The notes beneath the pieces were generated by a model. That model saw only the letters and a list, made by a program, of their open reading frames with translations. It did not search any database and was not told the DNA's origin. From NCBI GenBank assembly GCA_010093995.1, contig ML992501.1, forward strand, positions 1,270,566 through 1,334,565: 64,000 bases of DNA. The letters are read 5' to 3'. Numbering within the stretch: the first letter of the stretch is position 1; each line of letters starts with the position of its first letter. The position numbers were made by a program, and so were the translations under genes. The DNA comes from Elsinoe ampelina (lineage: Eukaryota). Below, in pieces: positions 37,705 through 49,059 of this stretch.

Positions 37705-39232
37705 ATGGGTGATCCTCTATACATGAATTATCCGGATCTCGGACTCGCTCAGGATGTTTTCACACTCGCATCTCCTTCATCATCACAGCCATCGAAACAG
37801 ACTGCCCTCAAGAAGCTTCAAGATGCAATCCAAGAACACAAAATGGCGCCGCTGTATCACTACCTGGCGCATCCGCAGACCGGCAAATTGAACGGATCGG
37901 GAGAGTCAACGTCACAGGGCGCAAAGTCAGAAGCGCCACCGATGTTACGAAGGACAACAAGCATCAACTCATCTGGTATCGTCGGCGTGCTAGGTGGCTT
38001 GCAAAGCCTAAACGGGATCGACCTTCCGTGGGACGAGAAGCTGTACGAATCGCTGAAGGCGGAGAATGAGAAGGAGCTCGAAGCCATCAAGAAGGAGGAA
38101 GAGGAGGCCGTCGAGAAGGCAGGAGAGACTGAAGTACAAAACGCGAAGGGCAAGCAGGCAGAATTCTACACCCGAATAGGCGACAAAGAGGGCGCGCTGG
38201 CTGCGTTTGAGGCCCTACTAGAGAAGACAGGCATTCTTGCGAGCAAGATTGATATTGTTCTCGCCATCATCAGAATCGGACTGTTCTTTGATGACAAGCT
38301 TCTCGTCAAGAAGAGCGTGGAGCGGGCCACCACACTGGTTGAGTCGGGAGGTGACTGGGACCGACGAAACCGCTTGAAAGCATACCAGGGTCTGCATCTC
38401 CTTACTATCCGCTCCCACAGTCTCGCCGCACCCTTACTTCTGGACTCTCTCTCCACATTCACAAGCACTGAACTATGCTCCTACAGTAATCTCGTCGTCT
38501 ACGCCGTACTCGCAGGCTCGATATCTCTACCGCGCCGGGACTTCAAGTCCAAGGTCGTCGACTCGCCAGAAGTTCGTGCCGTGGTAGGATCTGATGCCTC
38601 CAACCCTGGCTTCAACGATCCCTCAGCCATGGATGTAGAGCCAGACGATCCAGCCAAGGCCCCTTCGGCTACTCCCAAGCCAGTCGTCAATCTCACCACT
38701 CTTGGAGACTCGTCCGCCTCCTCCAAGTCGGAAGAGCCTCAGATCGACTTCACTCCTCTCTCACAAATGGTCGGATCGCTCTACAACGGTCAGTACCAAA
38801 ACTTCTTCGCCGCTCTGGCAAACGTAGAGACCACTTTTCTGTCGCAAGATCGCTACCTCTACGAGCACAGACGGTGGTTCGTCAAGGAGATGCGGCTGCG
38901 TGCATACTCTCAGCTCCTCGCTTCATACCGTGTCGTCGGATTGGAGAACATGGCCAAGAGCTTCGGCGTGAGCGTGACGTGGCTGGATAGGGACTTGGCA
39001 CCGTTCATCGCAAGTGGGCGATTGAGCGCGACCATTGACAGGGTCAAGGGCGTGGTCGAGACGAGGAGGGAAGGCGGAAAGAACAAGCAGTAAGTTTGCA
39101 TTCATTGGCGGCAAGGTTAGGCACTGACTGCAACGCAGATACCAAGACGTGGTCAGACAGGGGGATCAGCTAATCACCAAGCTGCAGAAGTACGGCCAAG
39201 TAGTCAGGCTGAGGGGCAGCGAGAGAGGATGA
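37705..39232 (+). CDS. RPN7: 26S proteasome lid subunit Rpn7
   Basis: Motifs MAPLY, GGDWDRRNRLKAY and PCI domain MRLRAYSQLL. Intron ~39090-39138, then YQDVVRQGDQLITKLQKY. Confidence 0.96.
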
Positions 39233-39399
39233 ACAAGTTCCGCAAACGCAGACATACCCAGCCACCCTTGCAACACAGAAGCATCTCCGTCACCGTGTAT
39301 CATAGCTAGCCAAGACGAATAGACGGACAAAATCCCGAACAAATTCTCAATTCATATAACGCTTCCATGCATAAACTCCATACAGCGAACAACCCAACA

Positions 39400-42033
39400 T
39401 CACCCCACCACGCTCTTCAAACTCAACGCCTCCAAAAACCCACTCAAATCCTCCTTCTTGACCTCCACGACCGCATGCTCAAAACTGTCAATCCTCACCC
39501 TCGCCCCCGTCTCCTCCACCACCTCCTGAAACGCCGCCCCAAACTTGTTGAGCCCATACCCCCTCTTCTTCCTCTTCTCCACCTCCTCTTCATCCTCGGA
39601 CTCATCCTCGCTGCTCTCCTCTTCACTCTCGCTCTCCTCATCCTCTTCCTCTTCGTCATCATCATCCTCGCGGAAAATCCCATTCGCCTCCTCCCTCTCC
39701 CGCCTGCGACGTTTCTTCTCCTCCCGACGCAGCTTGGCAGTCGCTTTCCGCACCTCCTTCTCCTCGGCCTTCTTGCGCTTCTTCTCCTCCCTCTCGCGCT
39801 GCTCGGCCCGCGATCGCACCCGTGCGCTGCCTCCCCCGCCCAGGCCGACGACGACGTACACCCCTCGCTCCTCGTCCAGAGCGCCGAGGACGAGCGCGCC
39901 TTTCTCTTTACCGCCGCGTTCGGCCTCCAGGATACCCACTGCTTCGCTGACCCAGCTGGCGAGTTTGACGAGGGCGCCCGGGTGGCAGAAGAGCGCCACG
40001 TCTGGGCCTTCGCGGACGACGCCCATGCGGAAGGCGCGCAGGTGGCGGATTTGGTGCTTGGCCATGAGGGCGCTGCCGGTGCGGAGGATGGCGGCGTGGA
40101 GGTGTTTGGCTGTGTTGATGTGGGCGAGGAGGAGGTCGAGGCCTTTGCTGCCTGGGGCGAGGGCGTCGAAGGCGGCGTAGAATCTGTTGGTGGTGAAGTC
40201 CGGGTCGGCGATGTCTTCGTTGCCGGAAGAAGGGCTGGCTTCGGGGGTGGGGAGGGCGCGCATGCGGGAGGAGTAGGAGCCGAGGATGAGTTTGTGGCTG
40301 TCTTTGTTGATGGAGGTGAGGGAGGTGGTGGTGAGGGCGAAGGTGGGCTCGGCGCCAACTTCGAGGATGGCGGAGACGATGGTGGCGACGTCGTTGGCAG
40401 AGAGGCAAGCGCGCCAGCCCCAGCAGCGGACGAAACCCCAGCCTTCTTTGTCTGTGGTGCGAGAGGTGGGAGGCACGAGACCATCGAGGCCGTAGATAGG
40501 AGCAAATTTGAGAAGACGAGGGCGCAGTGTCCGCTTCAGCTCCATGTCCATGTGGGTGTAGCCTTTGCGTGCTTCGTCTAAAGACACGCCCATCTTGGTC
40601 AAGAGTCGATCAAGACGTTTCCGTCCAGCGTCGGTCCATATGTGAAGGCGGGATGATAGGTATGGAGAGTGTAGCATCGATTCGTATAGTGACCAGTGGC
40701 GAGTGAGCAGGAAACGCGGTTCGGGTGATAGTCGTATAGCAGTGTCTGTGGGAGAACGAGCGGTGGTAGGAATGACATCGTCGTTACCGAGGCGAGAGAG
40801 CGGAATCTCGGATGGCGGAAGAGGATTGAGACGGCGAACTTCATCGCGTAGTACAGAGGCTATTCGACCATGTTTCGATGCGGTTGAGACGGACGAGGTG
40901 GCTGACAGTTCTATCGATGAAACGCCGACGATCGCAAGCCAGAGGAGGTCGTTGTCTTCTCGGCCGAGTTCTTCGGCTAGATTGTACACTAATGATGAGA
41001 GAGGTTCTGAATAGGATGTGCCTAAGGAATAGTATGCTGAGAGGACTGCCTCATGCTTTTGTCGAAGTTTGAGCAGTTTTCTTCTCAACGCCCGAGCTGA
41101 TTGCTGCTGTGTGGGCGGGGATGATGGGACAGGCGATTCCGAAGCTCTTTGCGAGCTTGATGGGTGGTTCGAGAGAGCAAAGGTTTCTCTCCGTGCTCGA
41201 TCTTCTGACGGCGAAGATGGTATGGCAGATCCCTGATCGATAATGAGTCTCCTGCAGCTCGTTCCTCTCGGTTCACGTTGACTTACTGAATTGCTCCGTC
41301 GTCTCCGCGCAGGTCTCGCCTCATCGTCATCTTCACTTTGGTCATCCTCATTGTCCAAGCTCTTCCTCTTCCTGCTCGGACCCGCATCCTCCTCATCCTC
41401 CTCGCCTTCGCTCCCTTCATCTTCATCTTCATCCAGATCATCTTCTCCTAATTCTGGCATGTTGACTAACTCACAAAAGGCCTCCTTCTCCTTTGCAAGC
41501 TCCATTTCGATATCTCCGTCGTCGAACACGACCACTCCTCCCCGACCAGGCTGATAGTTTCGCTCAATTCTGCCTTTGTCGACTCCCCTTACTACTTCAC
41601 CTTCTGCCAGACCTCCAAAAACGTTTTGTAAGTTCCAGGGTCTCCTGCCATCCAGACACCATACCTCAACACCGTGGTCGCCTTCGTTCCCTTGCTCTTT
41701 CCCTTCAACACGCACCTGTTCCAGACCGAGAACCTCTTCGAGGTCCACCATTCCACCTACACCGAGGCATATCACCACGCCGCCTTCACCCCCTCGCTGT
41801 TGTGTCAGAGGACAGACGAGATCCCGTCCTGCAGCGGCGAGTTCTGCATATCCACTGATCGGCTGGACTTTATGGGGTATGTAGTCTCGCTTGAGCAGGG
41901 CGGTAAGTATCCGCGAGGCACAGAGAGCGTCCGGAGTGAGCGCTACGAGGAGAAGAATCGGAGGCGAGAGGGGATGTAGTCGAGAGAGCAGCGAGGTGTA
42001 CAAGTGTGAGAGGAGAGGGCGAGGGAGATACAT
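39400..42033 (-). CDS. CDC45: DNA replication initiation factor Cdc45
   Basis: Motifs DALCASRIL, DGRRPWNLQN, RHWSLYESMLHS and NKFGAAFQEV. Probable in-frame intron near 41234-41287. Confidence 0.95.
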   Translation of the reverse strand: MYLPRPLLSHLYTSLLSRLHPLSPPILLLVALTPDALCASRILTALLKRDYIPHKVQPISGYAELAAAGRDLVCPLTQQRGGEGGVVICLGVGGMVDLEEVLGLEQVRVEGKEQGNEGDHGVEVWCLDGRRPWNLQNVFGGLAEGEVVRGVDKGRIERNYQPGRGGVVVFDDGDIEMELAKEKEAFCELVNMPELGEDDLDEDEDEGSEGEEDEEDAGPSRKRKSLDNEDDQSEDDDEARPARRRRSNSVSQREPRGTSCRRLIIDQGSAIPSSPSEDRARRETFALSNHPSSSQRASESPVPSSPPTQQQSARALRRKLLKLRQKHEAVLSAYYSLGTSYSEPLSSLVYNLAEELGREDNDLLWLAIVGVSSIELSATSSVSTASKHGRIASVLRDEVRRLNPLPPSEIPLSRLGNDDVIPTTARSPTDTAIRLSPEPRFLLTRHWSLYESMLHSPYLSSRLHIWTDAGRKRLDRLLTKMGVSLDEARKGYTHMDMELKRTLRPRLLKFAPIYGLDGLVPPTSRTTDKEGWGFVRCWGWRACLSANDVATIVSAILEVGAEPTFALTTTSLTSINKDSHKLILGSYSSRMRALPTPEASPSSGNEDIADPDFTTNRFYAAFDALAPGSKGLDLLLAHINTAKHLHAAILRTGSALMAKHQIRHLRAFRMGVVREGPDVALFCHPGALVKLASWVSEAVGILEAERGGKEKGALVLGALDEERGVYVVVGLGGGGSARVRSRAEQREREEKKRKKAEEKEVRKATAKLRREEKKRRRREREEANGIFREDDDDEEEEDEESESEEESSEDESEDEEEVEKRKKRGYGLNKFGAAFQEVVEETGARVRIDSFEHAVVEVKKEDLSGFLEALSLKSVVG

Positions 42034-42673
42034 GGTGGTGGATTGCGCACTATGCTTCCTGTACTCGAGAAGAATATGCCCGTAGGTTTGTTAGCTCGTG
42101 ACGCCGGTCGTGGGTGCATCGAGCGTGCTGACAGTCGAGGAACAGAGGTAGCTTTGTCGCACTTTCGGCTTGTCGACGAGGGGCAACGCGTCAGTGACGC
42201 GTGTCGAACGTGGTGTAGAGGGTCAGGTCCTGGAGGGGGAAAGGGACATGCTTGAACTCCAGATCCAAATGCAATAGTCAGGTCGTCAATGTCGTGATCG
42301 GCGGCAATGGCAGTATACAGCAATGCGTGGTGTGTATAGTCAAGAAAGTGGTGTAAGCCAAAGTTAATTGGCGTCGCGTGTCTATTCCGGTGGTCGAAAA
42401 GACGCGGTGTGCAGGATCAATTTCTGGTTGGCGTGACGTTTTGTCTGGACCCATTTCCTTCTAGAACAAATACATCCCAGAGGTCCTGCGCAGCAACATG
42501 CAGCACTTTGGCAGCCCGACTGACGTTTGTGACGCATCATGGAATCACACAGCTGAAGCAGGCTACATATAGAATGTCAGCTCCTCGCAGCCCCCGCACC
42601 CTCAGATACACCCGACTTTCCACTGTCAGCACAAACCAATCCAGTCCTTCCGATCCGCCACAAAATCGAGAAA

Positions 42674-43018
42674 ATGGAGGCGCCAATCACTGTTCCCTGG
42701 GGTATCCGAATCAGCAACGACGATGTGGCCAAGCTTAGAGCCGGTTTCGCATCAAAGCAAATGCAGCAACGTTGGGACATCAAAACCGAGGAGACCGCAG
42801 GCGTGCTGACTGTTCGCATTTTGCGCAGCTGGACCAATAAGCTCTGCTTGGTCATGAAGGTAGTCATAAACAGCGAAGTCGGAGACGCTGAGATCACCGA
42901 CTTCACTTGGGAATCACGATCAGGTGGGGACACGTTCACAGAGGATGAGTGCAAGAAGATGGCTGTGCGCCTGTGTCGGGGCTGGTGTGATTGCGACTTT
43001 GGTGAATTCGAAGCTTGA
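42674..43018 (+). CDS. Small hypothetical protein (114 aa)
   Basis: Good ATG context (AAAATGG) and globular-looking composition (GFASKQMQQRW, ILRSWT); no family recognised. Confidence 0.55.
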   Translation: MEAPITVPWGIRISNDDVAKLRAGFASKQMQQRWDIKTEETAGVLTVRILRSWTNKLCLVMKVVINSEVGDAEITDFTWESRSGGDTFTEDECKKMAVRLCRGWCDCDFGEFEA

Positions 43019-43075
43019 ACGTCGTTGCAATGAAGATCCTGCACTCAAAGCTACCTGCATCTCGAGTACAATGGA

Positions 43076-43360
43076 ATGTGTCATCAATACGAGGTGGTGT
43101 GCGAGTCCCACACGGCTGATCCTCAGCCTTGGAACGAGCTGCTCAGCTGCAACCGCACAGGTACCGGATCTTCTTCAAGGCCGTCAGAAATCTCGGCGAA
43201 CAGCTGGTCCCTACTTCGTCATCAAAATCTCCTACCGCCAATGTGTTTGCAATGCCTGGTGGATGAGTATGAGCCGTCAAGTCGTCGAGTACTATCGAGC
43301 TGTATTAGGCTTCACCAGCCCGCGTCATCAAAACCACGAAACCGGACGGACTATGACTAA
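43076..43360 (+). CDS. Possible small Cys/His protein (MC..C.SH...C...CLQC)
   Basis: Cys/His spacing resembles small fungal metal-binding proteins; no other support. Confidence 0.25.
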   Translation: MCHQYEVVCESHTADPQPWNELLSCNRTGTGSSSRPSEISANSWSLLRHQNLLPPMCLQCLVDEYEPSSRRVLSSCIRLHQPASSKPRNRTDYD

Positions 43361-44178
43361 CACCTCAGGTCCTTCGTGCTTGATGCCGAAGCCATAACAA
43401 AAGGATGCGAAGGCAATGCCTTGAAGGCCGAGAATAATTGGTAACTGCCGATTATCAATATTCAGCCCTATCACAATGAACCCTGTACCAGTGTACGTAT
43501 CACCCGGGTGGATACTACTCGTATCAGCTGCCTTTGGGATGAGCTACAGGGTCCACGGCTGCTTCCTCGAGCGATTTCACGACACGCTATCTTACGTCGT
43601 CCTTTGGCATGCACGACCCTTTGTCTGAAAACAGCAAGGGCGAATCGATCACGACGCAGGGTTATGATTCAGGCTTGGAGTGTCCTTTCTGAGTCACCGT
43701 CTCTCTCACTTACCACATCGCCGTCCTGCGGTGACCACCAATCAAAGTACTCAGTCCTTTGGCTCAATCTCACCTTCACTCCTGCGGAAATGTCCTCCTC
43801 CAGGTGGCTCTCCAAGGCATGCCAGGATCATGTCCATGGGATGCTCATACCAAATCTGACCACCTCTTGTACACATATCCCCTTTGACTTGATCCTTTCT
43901 TCCTTGTGTTAACAGCAATCCATTTCTTCCACTTAGGAAGACACAACGGTAGGTATATTCGCAGAGCCTAATCGTGGTAGGATGAGCCCAGTACAGGTGT
44001 CGAATGCTATTCTGCGTCTATCTGTCCGGATAGCGCATCGAAGCATTCTCTATAAAGCTGCCACCATGGTCAGGACGACTCATCCCATATCGATTTGCCT
44101 TTCTATTGTTCATCTACATCTCCCTCGCTGCAATCTCACACACATCTTGTCATCCCGCTGGACGGTCCTCTCGACAAG

Positions 44179-44925
44179 ATGTTGACCAGATACTACTTCC
44201 TCCTTGCCGTCGGCGCGTCACTCACCCTGGCGATGCCGCCAAAGAAGGACACCAACCAGCCCCCAGCCCCCATGGCAAATCCGCCCGACGAAGTATACCA
44301 GGGTACCGAAGTTCCAATGGACGCTCTCAAAGACCAGGGCGCGATATTGTCCAACGCCGATAGATTCGGCAAGAAACCAAACTACAAGATGGAGCCGCAC
44401 ATCGACCCGGACGGAGAAGCAGGCGGCGACGGGAAAATGAAGAAGAACGACCCCTACATCCCAACGACAACAGACCACAGTGTAGCCGAGGGCTACGCCA
44501 AAAAAGCCGAGGAACCCACAGACGGCAAGGTACTCACGATAAACTCGAAAGAACCACCTCCTTCCGACTGGGCCGACGTGAACAAGGCAAAAGACCACCG
44601 CGGCATCAAGACATTCATGGACAACGAAGCCGAAGTCGTCACCCAGGGTCCCATCCCGCTGGACAGAGTAACAAAGATGGAGCCCGTCGTCGAAACCCCC
44701 GGCGGCACCACAAAGCTCGGCTCGCCCATCCCAGACCCGTTCAACACGGGCGCCGCCCCTCCCCCACCACCGACCGGGGGAACCCCTCCCCCTGCGCCTC
44801 AGCAGGGTTCGTCGACGCAAGCCCCACCCCCTCCCCCGCCGCCCAAGTCGGACTCGTCCTCCTCGTTGTCTTCGGCGCCGAGCACGGATCCGGAGCCGCC
44901 GAAGAAGAAGAAGAAGACTGGATGA
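44179..44925 (+). CDS. Secreted heat-labile-enterotoxin-A/pertussis-S1-like ART-fold protein with a Pro-rich, Lys-terminated tail
   Basis: TATAAA at 44051; signal peptide MLTRYYFLLAVGASLTLA; motif order PPDEVYQG, Y.M..H, DPYIPTT...A..YA, G.V..I, DVN, NEAEV..GPIP; C-terminus PPKKKKKTG. Confidence 0.75.
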   Translation: MLTRYYFLLAVGASLTLAMPPKKDTNQPPAPMANPPDEVYQGTEVPMDALKDQGAILSNADRFGKKPNYKMEPHIDPDGEAGGDGKMKKNDPYIPTTTDHSVAEGYAKKAEEPTDGKVLTINSKEPPPSDWADVNKAKDHRGIKTFMDNEAEVVTQGPIPLDRVTKMEPVVETPGGTTKLGSPIPDPFNTGAAPPPPPTGGTPPPAPQQGSSTQAPPPPPPPKSDSSSSLSSAPSTDPEPPKKKKKTG

Positions 44926-45860
44926 TAAGGACGACAGGGTGATGACTGCGTGGACCGGGGGGATTTGGCACGGCTGGGCTGGGCTGGACTGGACTTGGGA
45001 GGGGGGGATCTACTTCGGGCGTTGGGTTATAGATGGTTTGCGTTAGATTTGTATCATTTCTTTGCCTTGTTGCGCTTTTCTCCTGTTCTCTGGTGTGGCT
45101 CGCGGTGTGCTCTACTCTATCACGATTCCCTTTACTTTTTTCTCCTGGCCTCTTTCCTTGTTCGTCCTGTCATTTCCTGTTTGATATGCTGCCTGGGATA
45201 GCCACGTCTGATGACAGCTCCGGTCCTGCTTCATGCGGTCAGAGCCTTGATGGGGGATGTGCAAGGCCTCTTTCTCATCAATCCAGTTCTTTGCCACCGT
45301 AGACGTCCAGCCTTTCATCGTCCACTCCTGAGATTCGACGAGATGACCGCTTTTGGCCGAGGACTTGGACAATTCGCAGGAGGTTCGACAGGTCAAATAC
45401 AGTTTGGATCTTGATTCAGTATTGAATACTACTTGGCTTCCACGTCCCCTATGCCTCTCTTGCGCTGCATCCTGCTCTGCACAGCTGATCCAGCTCTGAC
45501 ATCAATCCCAGACTACCCGTCCATCGTCCATGCAATCTCCAACCTCTCCCGCGACCAAGCCATATCATAAAGAAATGCAATCTATACCGAAACCAATCCA
45601 GTCATGCGCAGGCCCCAATCCCCTGTCGGGCCGCCCCTGTCAAATAGTGCCGAGAATAGCAGTATAAATAAAACGCCTTCGCTTCGTCATATGTTGAAAC
45701 CAGATCATGAACCGCGCCCGGGGAAGCGCCTGTGGTGCGCTTGCCATTGCGCTTATCGACAACCTCCTTTCCCTCCCCAAATCCACTGTACTGGCGTTGA
45801 TCATCACGTTGTGCCTCCTCCCCCTTCTTACTCACCACAAACCCTTCTTGACGCGGACAA

Positions 45861-48340
45861 TCACTCCGCCCTCCTCAAGCTCTCCCTTCCCAACTCCCCC
45901 AGATCGAAAAGCAGTGGTTCCTCTTCCTCCTCTTCCTCCACTTCCTGTCTCTCGATCCCACCACTGCCGCCTCCGCTTCCGCTCCCGCTCCCACCGCCGC
46001 TGCCTTGCAACCTGCTTATCAGACTTCTTTCCTCGTTCGGCATACTCGCACTTCTGAGACCAAATGGCATCATGTCGTCGTCCACTGCACCGATGGCGAC
46101 CAAGCGGGGTGCGGCGCGGGCGTTGTTGTGTACGGAGCTACTGCGGCGTTCAGTCGGGTAAGCACGTGGAGAGTTAGGGATGTCGATCGCTCGAGCCATG
46201 GGGTTAACAGTTTGTGCCCGTGTGGGCGTCTCGCGAGACGAAGAGGCGGCGCGGAGGGTGCGGTTGCTGTCTTCTGTGTCTGGGCGGGAGTAGCTGGCTA
46301 TGCTGTTATTGCTCAGTCGTGATGGCACGGCGGGCATGTGAGGCGTGTGTGGAGAGATCGGCTTGCCGCTTGGGGAAGAGGATGTGCTGAGGCTCGCTGC
46401 GTTACCACCAACTAGGCCGGGGACGTTGGATAGCTGACGTGAGGAGGAAGTGCTGCTGCGCTGAAGCATTAAGGATGAAGACATGGACTCGGATAGCTGA
46501 GCGGTGGAATCGCGCATTTTTGCGAACTTGGAGTATTGAGCGACGGTCCTCTGAGAATTGGCGGCCAGGCTTGCGGGATCGGTACGAGTAAATGCAGGCA
46601 CCCGCTTTACTGATGTGTCTAGCATTTTCAAGAAGTCGCCAATGGATTCGGAGTCGTCCTGTGTAGCAGCTTCGTTCTCTGGGTACGCGACAGATGCTCG
46701 TTGTGTTGAGGAGACAGAGCCTCTGCTGCTCGAACCATCTTCATCGCTCTTGACGGCTTTCGTACTGGAGGGAAATCTCGCTTGTCTGTTCGAGAAGCTT
46801 GAGCTATACCTTTGGATGGGTGCCGGCTTTGGTGACGAAGAGGCTGAAGAGGCTATGGCTGTCTCATTGGCAAGCGGTGGAGCTCGGAGTGCTTGTTGTG
46901 GTAGAGTGTTCAACGATGATCGGCTTCGCGAGTGTGAGGGTTGCGCGGCACCCACTTGACGGCCGAGCGAGCTGGAAGGGGAACCTGATAGGAAACCACC
47001 AGCAGGAGATGACGACAAGGAGCCCGCCTTGAAGGGTTGGAATGAGACAGAAGTGCGTCTAGGCACGCTCGAGGAGACGACTTCGGACCTCAGTGAAGAC
47101 TTGGATCCCGATGTCGCGCGGGCGTCGGAGCCTGCTCGCAGGGGTTGCTCGTCTCGAGCGTCTACGCTCGGCATCCTGACCCAGGGCTTGTATCGTGAGT
47201 CTTGAGGAAGCTCTTCTGAGGTACTGTCAGCTCTATTGGCAGAGCTGAAAGAATTGCTTCCGGTTGCTATCTGAGCCGACAATAGCCTTTCCGCTGTGTC
47301 CAATTCAAAGTTACAATTCGTACGGTATTTGACAGATATCCTTAATGCGCCAAAAGCACATGGGAGGCGTGTGAAATTATAGTCTTCTGTCACGGAGCCA
47401 GGATCATTTGTTAGAGGTAGTTCCAGCGTGTCGGCCACTGGATGGATCGGTCCCTTGACCAAGCGAAACTTTGGCTTTGGTAGCACACCATTGCCAGCTT
47501 GTTTGCTTATTCTGCGTGAGAACTTCCAGCCTGGAAGCAGCCGTGCATATGTATAAAGAGACCGCAGTAGGACGACGCCCTTCTTGTAGATATTGGGAGC
47601 GGCATCACTGAGCTGCGAGGCAGGCAGTGTGGAAGCATCTTCGAGACTGATGGTCCAGCGTTCGTAGACTACTGTCTTGGGTGTGCTTGCGAGGTTCTGT
47701 GTCCGAGCGTGACCGTCGAGTGACTTGGCGACGTCCCATCTCTTGTGATCATCGTCAATGGCCACAAGGGCTTGATTTTGAGGATGCTGATTGAGATCGA
47801 TATAGAATTCGACGGCGAGACTTGGTGGTAGACGCTGGGCTGCCTCCATGTTCTTCCACTCGTTGAGATCTTGGCTGAGGACATTTGTGTCTCTGATCCA
47901 GGTATTGAACTGGTCACTGTCAATGAAGGACCTTTGTCTATCAATGGCCTTGGGCTTACCCATTTGTCAGTCCGAATCTCGCCATCTCGAGTCTGCGAGG
48001 GTGGCAGGTTCACCCGAGCATTCAATACAATGAGAGCGGCTTTGGAGAAGAAATGCTGCGGAGAGTAAGCCTTCTTCAGTGTGGTAGGGGGGTTTGCTGC
48101 ACACACCTGTACAATGAGGTTCAGACGCTGGCGGTCTGGGTTCTGTCCCGTCATGGTATCCTCTGTCCGGGCTGCGTCCGACTCGTTGCTCTTGCCTGAC
48201 CCCGACTCGGAGCTCACACTTTGCCTTGATGGAGCTCGTTGAGCTGGGTCGTCTCGCGGATTATTCGTTCTTTGTGCATTTGACTGAGGATTGCTTGCCG
48301 CAGATGCGGTCCGCGGTGCTGGTCGAGGGTGCTGATGCAT
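45861..48340 (-). CDS. ATG13: Autophagy protein Atg13
   Basis: HORMA region (FFSKAALI, KW/FN, VYERW, YKKGVVLLRSLYTYARLLP, ISVKYR) followed by a Ser-rich disordered tail ending EEPLLF; two short introns. Confidence 0.93.
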
Positions 48341-49059
48341 GGCTATCAGGTTATGACCGAGCTATCTCCAGCCGGCAAAGCTCCGCGGTGAAGCAGTCTA
48401 CTGGGTGCTGATGTGGGTATGGTCGCGCCAATGCAAATGATCCGATGCCATCATTCGTGAAAATGTTGCTTGTGTTTGTGTCTGGCAGGGGACCTTCCAC
48501 CTCTTGGGATTTAGACAGGGTTCGAGATTAGGCGCTATGCATGATGGACTGAGGCAAGCTCGAGAAAGTGGAGTCGATACTGCTGCCTGGGGCGGAGATG
48601 GACAGGCGATGCAAAGGCTAATTGAGGAGTCAACAAGTGAATGTCTACCTCGAGTTGATGTGTGGTCGATAGCGAGTGGGAGGATGGAGAGGAACAGGTG
48701 ACTTGGACCTTGGGACGATGAGCTGATAGCCGGGATCGGGCCTCTGGGGAGAGATGGTGACAGGCCAAGACAGTCTCGTGAGTCCCAAACAAATGACTGT
48801 TGTTTGGTCGAGGCACGGACAAGCGTGACTGAAAATCGATGATGAGGAGATTAGGGATAGACTCTGGTAATATTTAGGTGGTCGCGCAGGTGTTTGTTCA
48901 GGCCATTCAATTATTACTATGCGCTGCAGCTCATGTCGTGACGAATCGAGTGAATGACGGACCGTTTGTCGATCTTCGATACCATTATCCGTCGCCTTGC
49001 CTGCCCGCCGAAGAGCCTCTCTCCAAAAAAGCTCCAAAAATGTGGCCAGAGCTCCCTAT

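Noticed and set aside
39367..40581. 404-aa plus-strand ORF and other long overlapping ORFs opposite CDC45
   Set aside because: Shadow frames caused by the skewed codon usage of CDC45; low-complexity translations with no motifs.
44950..45000. GGGCT/GGACT pentamer run downstream of the secreted ART-like gene
   Set aside because: Short degenerate microsatellite in a G-rich 3' UTR; no evidence of function.
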